Positions 53,116 through 64,000 of a stretch of DNA of 64,000 nucleotides are shown piece by piece. The DNA is taken from contig CAJINV010000006.1 of the NCBI GenBank assembly GCA_905178155.1, positions 1,964,230-2,028,229 of the forward strand, written 5' to 3'. Every line of letters begins with the position of its first letter. Position 1 is the first letter of the stretch. A program made the translations under genes and the position numbers. A model generated the notes under the pieces. That model was not told where the DNA came from, searched no databases, and worked only from the letters and a program-made list of their open reading frames with translations. Source of the stretch: Amoebophrya sp. A120 (taxonomy: Eukaryota > Protista > Dinoflagellata).

Positions 53116-55654
53116 GCCGTAATTTCAGGCATTCGGTTTTTTGGAACACGAACAGGCAAGATTTCTTGAGTTATTTTGTCTTTGCCCGAACGCAACTCGC
53201 AAGAAAAATATCTGGCTGCGTGCCCAAGTTCGCACTCAACATTTTCTGTGATTTTGATCAGCGCCAGCTCTATTATTTCAATGTCGTGCTAATTCTATAA
53301 AAGCGACAAGCAACTCTCTCTCAAATCCGCTGCTTTACGGACACTTCATGAAAAGCAAAAGTCTCTACTCTGTGTCTGCCATGATTTTGCATACGGAAAT
53401 AAAACTTTCGCCAGTCTCTATCTCCACTGGGACTAGCACTAAGACCTTCAGTGAATCTTGTAGGTCAAGCACGTTTATTGTCTTTGCCATTGCTACAAAC
53501 ATCTTTTTCGTTGTCTGACTGTACAACATATTACCGACGAGCTATCTAGTACTGCTTATTCGCTTTTAGTGCAAAAGCTTTATCTGCTTCTACCAAGACT
53601 TTCGTAGTTTATGACTCAACATATCTTCAGCTTCCTGACGTATTTGTGCTCGATTGTAAGAAGGTAAGCTGTTGCTGTCTCTAATTGTATCTCCATCGCA
53701 CGTTTATCGAGAACCATTATGAATTTTTTCTTCACTTCATTTTCTAGAGTTTGTTTCGATTCACTCGTCATTTTAGCAGTTTCTTATTAGCCACAATGAA
53801 GCACCGAAATCCACCGCGCGAGATTAGCCACAATGACAGTAAGGACCACATCAGGGAGCATGAGCAATCATGTGTCGAGGTCGTAAGTTTCAGTCAGCAT
53901 GACCACGCACGAGGGTAGTGCTGGTGTCCTCTTCTTCACAACATTGAAAAAATTGAACGAAAGCGAATAAGTAGTGGCAATTATAGTAAATTTTTAAGAC
54001 GGTCTGCTAGCTCTACAAAGAACAGCGGGGGCGCCAGCAGTGCGCTCTGTAGTTCTCCCGGACGGAAAAAACTGTGTGATAAAGTTTTTCTTTGCTCGCG
54101 TGATCTAAAGCTGTTGCTGTACCTACTAGTCGGTCCCTGCTATAATTCTTTTGCGACAGTGAAGTAGATCGGGATGTGAAAAAGGACTAGCTGTAAGCTT
54201 TCGCCAGTGAACTACAGATAATGTCGGTACTAAAGGATTGCTGCACAGCAGGACTGACTACATGCTTGCGCTTTCTTTGAATTTGTCGGTTTGAACATGA
54301 TGGTGCGCAGCAGAACAAGTAGTAACTTAAGTGCTACTTCTATCAACTGCTCCAAACTCGGTTTATTTGTGTGCGAAGAGCTATTCCACTTCCTCGTGGG
54401 CCGCAGCCGCTCTTTATTCCTATGCGCAGGGTGTAGAAGAAGAAGAAGAAGTCGGATCTCGCTGAAGAACAAACGTTTCGAATTTATTAAAAGTCGGTCG
54501 CTGAATTTTTTATACGATTTCCCACGAAACAAGACAAGTGCGTGAAGATCGGTAGCCGTAGCGACGCAATTCCAAGTTCATTGAAGGCATAAAGGGTCGA
54601 CGTGATGAAGTAAGTAGATAATCATTGAAGTAGACTTATTAGGTTCATCATCTTCATCATGTAAAAATCACTTTCACGATCTACGTGGTTTTTTCTTTTT
54701 TACAGAATTTCTTCCAGTGAACAAGATCTTCATCCACCACCTGCTTTTATATAAATTCAGAATTTAATATTCAAATTCACCCACCACCTGCTCTTCTTCA
54801 AAACAAAGGGAAATAATTGATACGACATCAACTCGAAGAACTCAAAAGGTGTAGCAGCAAAATTTTTATTTATACATCCGTAGTACGATCCACGTCCAGA
54901 CCGCAAGTAAAGAAAAAGAATAAAAGAATTACGTCTGGTGGACGACGATCAGTATCAGAATGAAGGATCGAAGAAGATGAAGTAGAGGATCATGATGAGC
55001 ATGATGTTCTTGACGAAAAATTATGCAACGAGGAATTGTGGCACGAAAGCGAAACCCGCACTCGCACGACACTCAGCAGGAACGAGCTACATCTTCGGGG
55101 AGCAAGCATTCGTTTCCTGTTGAGAGCAGGAGGTCCGCCTGAAATATAAGAAAAGGCCTCTCGTCGGGTGGACCTACCACGAGAAGCCGGCTGCAGCTTG
55201 ATCGTGGTCCGGGCTTCGTTTATTGCCATCGTCGAGAAATAAGATTGGCTGATTTATTATTTTCCCACATCGTGAAGTGAAGAAAAAGAGCACCGAAATG
55301 ATCTTCCTCTAACTTTTTAAAGCACCTCTAACTCGTCCAGCGGCTACAACTTTTGGGTGTTTTGAATACATAACAAGTCAGCCATAATTTTACTAGTACA
55401 AGGCGAACTGCTAGAGAAGTGCTGTGCCGAGTATTTGTACATGATCAACGTAGAAATCTGTGGTCTTGACTATTTCCAAAAAACTTTTTACCACTTTCGT
55501 AGTTTATTTCTCTTCTGTGATATTGATTGCTCAAGAACCCTTCTGAAAAATTATGACCAAAAATCAAAGGTCTTCTCCGTGTAAAATTATTGTAGCGACG
55601 CCTTAGTTAGCAGTATGCGAATTCGGTTATTTTTACTATCACAGTAGAGCAGGA

Positions 55655-55967
55655 TATGGAAGCGTCAGGTTTGAAATCGTCAAAGTTGAAATAATTTGTC
55701 ATGCATAAACTGCAAGGCATGAAGTGCCTCGCTTGCAGGGACGGCAAGTGAGGCCGACTGTCAGCATGTTACTTGGGGTCTACGGTAGAGCTGCTAAAGT
55801 AGCATGACAAAAGACGCCTTCTGTCCCGAAACAGCATGACAAGCTGGATTTAGACGGTGCCGAAATTTGTCATGCACCGCTTGGAAATTTGGCTTCCAAC
55901 TGGTATCGATTTTATGCATGACAAATCATTTCAACTTTGTCGATTTCAAACCTGAGACACTCCCATA
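55655..55967. mobile_element. Introner in an orphan exon-like fragment
   Basis: TSD CAGGA/CAGGA. Confidence 0.88.
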
Positions 55968-56114
55968 CAGGACAACCACACGACGCCGGTGGAGGTCCAC
56001 CAGCAGCAGGAGAAAGCGGCTCAGGTTTCCGTTCCGCTGCTGGGCTATAAAAATGTCTCAATCAAGCGTGCAGCGTGATTCTTTCAATTCTATTATTCTG
56101 CGAAAATTTGTCTT

Positions 56115-56801
56115 GCAAGTATGCCTTGCAAGTATGCCTGGGTCTGGAAGGATGCAAGAACTTGTGATGCTATTTTTTGATTCTAAAAAAATCTGTGCTG
56201 CATGACAAGCAATAGGAGTGGTCCAGTTTTTGCCACGTGGACGAGAGGACATTTCTCATGCAGGCTAGGCATCAAGAAGTCCACCTCAGATGAAAATCTG
56301 TCATGCTAGGGCCTGCATCACAGACATCACGGCTCATGCTAAACGTGCATGACAAGTCGCAGAATCTTCCAGACATCCAGGGATATTTGCATTTCATAGC
56401 AAGCGTTCAGCTACGATGTCGGGTCCATGTATCTGACCCTGGGCATCCTGCTATGCAAGGAAAAAACTGTGTGGGTGTAAGTCTGTGATGCAGAAAATGC
56501 AAAACTGTTACACTTGTCATGCTGAATCTGCGTCATAGGCTACTTTCATACGTGTTTTCACGTACTAGCTGCGCATGACAGATTTTCCCTGTAATGCAAA
56601 ACGAATTTGTGATGCTGCCCTTCCTACAAAGTTACACTCACACAGTTTTTTTCCTGGATACCTGCCCTATGAACTGCAACAGTATCCGATACTCGTGTAT
56701 TAAATGCATTACAAATTTCCTCAGCATGAGAGATAAAATTTGTGATGCGGATTTACCTTAAGATAAACATGTTGTAATGCATGACTGCAATTACTACGAG
56801 T
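56115..56801 (+). pseudogene. Duplicated fragment of the downstream gene (61480-~61952), including introners
   Basis: Near-identical introner-exon-introner block, plus one extra introner at 56452-56660. Confidence 0.88.
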
Positions 56802-56908
56802 GCAATTGGGATAATATAAAAATGTCTCAATCAACCGCGCAGCGTGATTCTTTCAATTCTATTATTCTGCGAAAATTTGTCACCGTCACCGTTTTGCCAT
56901 GTTCATTT

Positions 56909-57962
56909 TTCAACCCAAAAAATTTGATTTTTTCCTGGTATCCCACGCATGCTCATGTCGATCAGTTGTTGCAAATGTGGCATGCGAGGAGGCATTACAC
57001 TTGGAGCATGGTGGCCCGGGTAGTTGAACGCAATCCAGAAGCGCCCCGGAATGGCTTCGCCGCCGTACAGACCGAAGACGCGGCGCGGGAGGGTGCGTTG
57101 CGAGGAGGCTGTCTTCTGGCGCGTAGGGGCCCGACCCTTGCTGGGGCGGGCTTCTGCATGGTGCGGCTTGCGATGTTGGGTTGCTCCTGGGAATGTCGGG
57201 CTCTTGTTACTCCTTGGCCAAAGGCCTCCGGCAAAGGACCTCCACAACCCAGGAAAAAACAGCAAAATTTCGAGCAAATTTAACGACCACCCGGTGACAA
57301 ATCCCGGAAATTTTGCATTTTGCACGGTATGGTGGACTTTGAGAGCCCAAAATGGGAACCGGTGACAAATCCCGAAAAATTTACATTTTGCAGGGTATGG
57401 TGGACGATTGCGCACGAGCCAAAAATTCTTGCGCTGCAAGAAATTTTGGGCAACGCGCAATCGTCCACCATACCGCCCAAAATGTAAAAATATCCGGATT
57501 TGTCACCGGTCGCGAATTTGGCTCGGAAACGTCCACCATACCGTGCAAAATGCAAAATTTCTGCGATTTGTCACCGGGTCATCGTCAAATTTGCTCAAAA
57601 TTTCGCAGTTTTTTCTTGGGTTTTCGAGACCCTTTGCCGGAGGCCTTTGGTCCAGGAGTGATAGTCTCAAGAGATTCCCAGAAGCAACTCAGCATGACGC
57701 GCCGCACTATTCCGATCCTTCGCGGCCGGAAATCTGGTCGCTGAAGTGTCAGGAGACAGCCTCCCAGCTAGGGACCCACCTTCTGGGGCCGCGGTTTTGG
57801 CTTGTATAACGGCAGCGCCGTTCTGGGATATGTCTGGACGGCCTTCAGCGTGCTGGGTCAACATGCTTGGAATGCAGTCGTTGGATTGCCGCACCCGCAG
57901 CATTTGACAGAAATGGACACATATAGGAAATCAGGCAAAAGTCAAATTTTTTTGCTGGGATA
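56909..57962. mobile_element. ~1.05-kb imperfect palindromic (foldback) element
   Basis: Symmetry centre near TTCTTGCGCTGCAAGAA (~57433). CCGGTGACAAATCC / ATTTGTCACCGG subrepeats. Right end ...GCTGGGATA. Confidence 0.75.
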
Positions 57963-58070
57963 TAAAAATGTCTCAATCAACCGTGCAGCGTGATTCTTTC
58001 AATTCTCATGCGCTTGTAGTTCTCTTCTCAATACTTTGAAGCGCTTGTAGTTCTTCATGTACCACGGACA

Positions 58071-58378
58071 TATGGAAGCGACAGGATTGAAGTTGTCAAA
58101 TTTGAAATAACTTGCAATGCATAAAATCGATACCAGTTGGAAGCCCAATTTGTTAGCGGCGCATGACAAATTTTCCGAGCACCGGAATCCAATTTGTCAT
58201 GCTGCTTGGGCACAGACGACTGCTTTTGTCATGCTACTCTAGCAGCTCTACTTCAAACCCTGAACAGGCTGACAGTTGGCCTAGCTTGCCATCCCGGCAA
58301 GACAGGCACTTCATGCCTTAGATTTTATGCATGACAAATCATTTCAACTTTGTCGATTTCAAACCTGACGCTTCCATA
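58071..58378. mobile_element. Introner in a captured fragment
   Basis: TSD GGACA/GGACA. Confidence 0.9.
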
Positions 58379-59461
58379 GGACAAGTACCTGCTGTCGTCC
58401 GTGGTGCAGCAGGAATTATTGCGAGCAACAAACTTTTTATTTGCGCGGAACAATATTAAGTACAAGTACTTGATTAAGAGTGGAAGGAGCAGCTGCTTAC
58501 AGCTTGTTCCTGTTTTCTCTTTTTGTTCACTCATTGGCAAGAACCTGTTGATGTACTGCGACCGCAACATCACTTCTACGACTTAAAAACCACAACTCCT
58601 ACACCAGCAACCGATTGGGTTTGAACTTGAAATTAAATTTTATGTACTTTATTATCCCTCGCAAGTTTTTATTTCTAAAATCTAAATTTTAATGTTACCG
58701 CCCAGATTTGTCGTAGGATTTTTCACGACATGTGGGCCTCGTGTAGAAGCTAAGAGGAAATAAACTAGTACATCAAATGCTTGTTGAGCTTCGTTCTGTG
58801 ATGTATTCCCCGCGCGACGAGGGGATAAAGATAAACAGGTTTCTGCTGGGAAGAGGAGGTGAAGAACCAGAAGCGCCAGCAAATATTCAACAACTTCTAC
58901 CACACGCATTAACAAGCACACAGGGAGGACGAATATAACAAGCACATAATATAAAAATTTCTCAATCAACCGTGCAGCGTGATTCTTTCCATTCTATAAC
59001 TTACTAGATGCCCTTAATATACTTATAGAGGAGAACACAGAACAAAAGCATCTACATCATCGACTCGTCCGCAGCGTTGTTGTAAGAGTTATTCACTACT
59101 TACATACCAGTAGTACACCCAAAATTTTAGCTGCCGCGCCTCATCGTGGTCTGTCATCAGCCGGGAAAGAAAACAAGTTCGAACGAATCCTCTGCAGGAT
59201 CTCCAGAGACCACACACCACCAGCACAACAACGACGAACTGTGAAGTACAGCAGACATCGTCCTCGGCACTCCGGGTAGAAACAACGTCAAATAAGTAGG
59301 AGGCAGACGTAGAACTAGAACTCTAGAAGCACCAGAGCTAGTTCACGACCTAAAAACGCCGCAAGAGCAAGAACTTCCGGTGTAGAAGTTGTAACAAGTA
59401 GACGCTCAACGTTTTCTTGCGTCGAAAGTTGAAAAAAGCAACGAACAGCTGCAGCAACAAG

Positions 59462-62400
59462 ATGAAGGTGAAAACTTCGCCCCCGGTGTCGCCCATGAAG
59501 GAGGTGTTTCACTCCCCGGACGACACCAGCAACGTTGATCTGCCTGGAGTTTTTGCGCCGTCCGTGTTGTCTTCAGCCGCTGTTCCTCCAGGGCGAGCCG
59601 GGGAGGACGAGAGTAAGACCACAACTGATGGAAGATTAAATCAAGAGGAGCAGCTTACTGTGAGGAAAAATCCCCCCTCCCCATGTCGAAAACGAAATCT
59701 GTGATGCTGTATTTGAGTACACAAATCGACGGGCATTCTTGGCAGAAGGCGGAGAGACGCAGCTGTGGCCTGAAGACCTGCAAGCAGTTTGTCATGCTGT
59801 TTCTTCCTTCCAGTTGTCTCCTGTCATGCTCAAGATGCAAGGTTGATTTCCCACGCCAGCCACCATGACAGTCCGCATCTTTTGCCTTCTAGCATGACAA
59901 CGTGAAGAACAAGACTCGTGGTCGCCATTAATGCTACACAAGTCAAAGTCTCCATTTCAGTATGGGTAGGGGGGATACAGTTTCGTTTTGATACAGCAGC
60001 AGCCCTTCACCCCGCAGTCGGGTCTGATGGGTGTGGCAAGCAAGGAGAGCAAGGAAACCTCCGGTACTGAAGATCGCAGCAAGTTCAGTCCGAAAGCAAG
60101 ACCACCCGGAAGTAGTAGTAGTAGAACCGCGTGGGGTACTCCTACTACTGCCCAACAAGACCACAAAAGCGCGGAACAAGCAGGAGATCGGGAGCCGCCT
60201 AGAGCAAGTAGTCCACCAAATAAAAGCTCATCCTCTCCTGCTGGCGGACCCACAAAAAATGCTGGGGCGGTAAACACGGTTGTACTAGCTTCTACTAAAG
60301 CTGCATCTTCACCAGGATCTTCTTCATCTCCAGTGGCGAAGTCGACGAAAGGTAGAGCGACGGCTTCGAGTCGGGTTTCCTTCAACGACGACCTGGAATC
60401 CACTCGAGAGGACGCGACCGCCACACCCACACCGCAGGCTGCAGCAAACGTCGCCGGTGAAACAACTACAAGTAGACGTTCTGAGTCTGACCGGTTTATC
60501 AGTACTAATAATGTTGTCCAGCAGCCAGCTATCGCAGGAAAAAAGTGTTACAGTTACACATTTGTTGGAATATCAGCATCACAAATTTGCTCTTCATGGA
60601 GAAGGAAACTTCTAATGCGCAGACTATAAGGGAAAACACGGACGATAGAATGAGGCTGGCAAGCGTTTCCTGCATGACAGAGATTGTCTGTCTTGCTTGT
60701 TGTCTTGCATGAGAGTGTGTACTTAACTGTAACACTTTTTTCTCAGGATACCAGCAAGCACAAGCACCTCGATGGCAAACACCAGCACGGCAGGTGCCAG
60801 GATAAAATCTTCCGAATATGAACTGCAAAAGTATCGTACTCGTATAAATGCATTACAAATTTCCTGCTCAGCATGAGAAATAAAATGTGTAATGCGGATT
60901 TGCCTTAAGAGCAAGATTTGTAATGCATGACTGCAATACGAGTGCGATACTTTTGCACAGGATACCGAAACTACTACGAGCAGCAGCATCAACCCCGCCT
61001 CCTCTGCCGTCCCGTATGCACTGCAAAAATGTCTGGGTCTGAAAGGATGAGACTTGTTATGCTGTCTTTGGATTCTAGAAAAATCTGTATTGCAGCGTAA
61101 GCCGCAAGAGGAGTCCAGTTTTTGTACACGCGGAAAGGGCAACATTTGTCATGCGGTATAGGCAACATCAGGAAGCCCTCACAAAATCTGTGATGCAGCT
61201 AGCGCATACGTCACACATATCGTGGATCATGCAAAATGTGCATGACAAGTCCTCCAATCTTCCAGACCCAGACATTTTTCCACTTGACATCCCGTCACGA
61301 AGTACGAATCTTTCGTCCACCGCGGCCACGGGCACCCGCCCGTCGACCCTTTCTTCCGGGGCGGGCATTTATCAGAATCCGCCCCCGCCCTCGGGGGCCT
61401 CGACCGCAGCCGCACAGATTGCCGTGCCCCAGGGCAGCGTCGAGGCCGCCACTGCGGCCCAGGCAGCGAGTCGCGGGAAGCAAGTATGCCTTGCAAGTAT
61501 GCCTGGGTCTGGAAGGATGCAAGAACTTGTGATGCTATTTTTTGATTCTAAAAAAATCTGTGCTGCATGACAAGCAATAGGAGTGGTCCAGTTTTTGCCA
61601 CGTGGACGAGAGGACATTTCTCATGCAGGCTAGGCATCAAGAAGTCCTCAGATGAAAATCTGTCATGCTAGGGCCTGCATCACAGACATCACGGCTCATG
61701 CTAAACGTGCATGACAAGTCGCAGAATCTTCCAGACGTCCAGGGAAGATATTTGCATTTCATAGCAAGCGTTCAGCTACGACGTTGGGTCCATGTATTTG
61801 ACCCTGGGCATCCTGCCCTATGAACTGCAACAGTATCCGATACTCGTATATTAAATGCATTACAAATTTCCTCAGCATGACAGAGAAAATTTGTGATGCG
61901 GATTTACCTTAAGATAAACATGTTGTAATGCATGACTGCAATTGCTACGAGTTCGATACTTTTGCACAGGATATGCCCACCGACTCCCTCATCTCCGAGC
62001 TGGAGCAGTTTGGCGTAACGCAGAAGAACAGCAGCGACTCGGGGGTGGAACTATGAACTGCAAAAGTATCGTACTCGTATAAATGCATTACAAATTTTCT
62101 CAGCATGAGAAATAAAATTTGTAATGCAGATATCCCTTGGAAACAAGATTTGTAATGCAAGACTTGCATTTGTACGAGTGCGATACTTTTGCACAGGATA
62201 GGAACGGTCCCGAGACCACGTCGACGCGCGCCTGGACCCCAACCGTTTCATATTGCACTGAAAAATGCCCCCACCCCGGAATTTGCAAAAGTTTCTCATG
62301 CATAAGGTTTTCAAATGAAAAACTTTTTGTCTATGCATGAAGGGACTACGAGTCTTTCTGATGCAGAATCTAGGTGCGCAAGGTATCTTCTGCCTGACAG

Positions 62401-64000
62401 ATCCGGCTGCTGTTGGGCTCCTTTGCAACACAAATTTACGCTATTCAGCATGGAAAATTTGTGATGCCGATATATGCAAGACGGGGAAAGTTTGCATTGG
62501 AAAGGTTAGCAATGCAAATGCTGCCAATTTCTGAGGTGGGGGCATTTTTCATTGTAATACTTGAGCCAATTAACCGGGAAAAAGCTTTCCGCCAAGGAAA
62601 AATTTCGGCGAATGTTCAAGAGCATGGCCGTGTCGCACGCGGACAAACTGCGCAAGGAGCTGTTTCGCTTGGATTTGTGCTTGCACCGGCTCTATCAAAT
62701 GCAAATATGGATCTGGGTCTGGAAACTTGTAATGCTGAGTTGTGAATAGTGATTTCTCGTCTGTAATGCGCAGCCAAGCGTGAGAAATATTTCCGCGCCG
62801 GCTTCGTGTTGCGCTTTCCGCATGACAAACTGCGTTTTGCATGACAAGCAAAAGGGTCTCTTCTTGGACACGCATCACAAGCTCTTCAGTCTTGCCAGAT
62901 CGAAGCATAACAAACCTTGCATCGTTCCAGACCCAGACACATTTGCATTTGATATGCTCACCGAAATGGATGAGGAAGCCGGGGAATCGGGGCTTGAGCG
63001 GTGGAAAAGCTTTCTGATGGGGCACAAGCAGCTTCTGGACGCCTCCGGAGCTGCATCAGCGCCTCCGGCCGGCGCGAACGTTAGCGCCCCCTCCTCACAG
63101 TTGTCAATAAATCCGCGGGCCCAGAACGAGGGGGGGCCGCCGAGCAACGCAGACTCTGGCATGACGCACACTTCTTCTACATTGCAGCCGCTCTCCTCGG
63201 ATCAGAGCCGCTCGTCCAAAAATTCCAACGCGCTCCGAAGAAGGCCAGCTGATATGAGCAAGCTGGCTTCTATGGATGTGTCAGAGTTGAAATCGACAAA
63301 GTTGAAATAATTTGCCATGCATAAAATGGATGCGAGTTGGAACCCAGTTTTGCAACTGGCGCATGACAAATCTCGGTGGTCCCTCGAGCCAGTTTGTCAT
63401 GCTGTTTAGGGAAAGAAGGGTGGTTTTCTCATGCTACTTTAGCAGCTCGAGCTGTAACCCCAAACAGGCTTACACCTGCTCTGCAACACACGTGCCTCGG
63501 GTCATGCGTTTTATGCATGACAAATCATTTTTTCAACTTTGTCGATTTCAAGCCTGACGCTTCCATAGCTTCCTCAAGGTTGGTCCCGACAGCGACCACA
63601 TCCACAAATACGGGCGGCAACCTTATCAACTGCAAAAATGACTGGGTCTGGAAAGTTGGAACTTGTGATGCTAACTTTGGACTCTAGAAAAATCTGTATT
63701 GCATGACTAGCAAGAGGAGTCCAGTTTCTGCTACGCGGAGAGGCCATTTGTCATGCCGAATAGGCATCAAGAAGCACTCAGAAAATCTGTGATGCCAGGG
63801 AATACATCACAGACGTCACGGGCCATATAAAATCTGCATGAGAAGTTCGCATCCCTCCAGACCCAGATGACACTTTTGCATTTGATAAACCTTACCCTAA
63901 ACACCATGTCGACGACGTCAGCGGGAGCAGGTCTGAACAAAATGAAGAACGGAGGGGGGGTCGGCGGGGCCCCGATTTTTCCGGCTACTTCTAGCGGCAC
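59462..64000 (+). CDS. Hypothetical Ser/Thr-rich multi-exon protein, runs off the window
   Basis: Frame maintained across 59656-59993, 60530-60750, 60817-60964, 61015-61289, 61485-61763, 61819-61973, 62052-62200, 62251-62559, 62693-62954, 63271-63567 and 63624-63887. Start codon uncertain. Confidence 0.7.

Larger units (their letters stand above)
56046..58997. repeat. Four copies of a 46-67 bp sequence TATAAAAATGTCTCAATCAACCGTGCAGCGTGATTCTTTCAATTCT separated by 0.7-1.1 kb unrelated fragments
   Basis: Copies at 56046-56112, 56815-56881, 57961-58006 and 58950-58997. Confidence 0.9.

Noticed and set aside
54550-54565. CCGTAGC resembling the dinoflagellate spliced leader
   Set aside because: The match stops after 7 nt; there is no CATTTTGGCTCAAG.
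23675-58997. The two repeat-spacer arrays as true CRISPR
   Set aside because: Spacers are 0.65-1.15 kb, repeats vary in length, there are no cas genes and the context is eukaryotic.
11400-63900. Recurrent short ORFs with MSGSGR / PDPDIF / CKNVWVWK / YEYDTF peptides
   Set aside because: These are translations of introner TIRs, not a protein family.

Overview
Eukaryotic nuclear DNA, most consistent with the parasitic dinoflagellate Amoebophrya (inferred from intron architecture and an alveolate-type HGXPRT; not verified). Six protein-coding genes lie on the + strand: an ankyrin-repeat protein, a TMEM144-like transporter, a 24-kb MGCGAS/WW-domain gene, HGXPRT and two unknown proteins. They are interrupted by about 95 short (130-400 bp) non-GT-AG elements of roughly 11 families. 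The elements have TAT...ATA ends, terminal inverted repeats, a 5-bp target-site duplication (TSD) and internal GCATNACAA motifs. Removing an element plus one TSD copy restored the reading frame at every delimited junction I traced by hand within these genes. Beyond this introner system the window holds a 4.45-kb foldback 'giant introner' with an 8-bp TSD, several nested insertions, and an empty/filled site pair. It also has two arrays in which a 29-67 bp sequence recurs four times around ~1-kb unrelated captured fragments. Coordinates were counted manually and may be off by a few bases.
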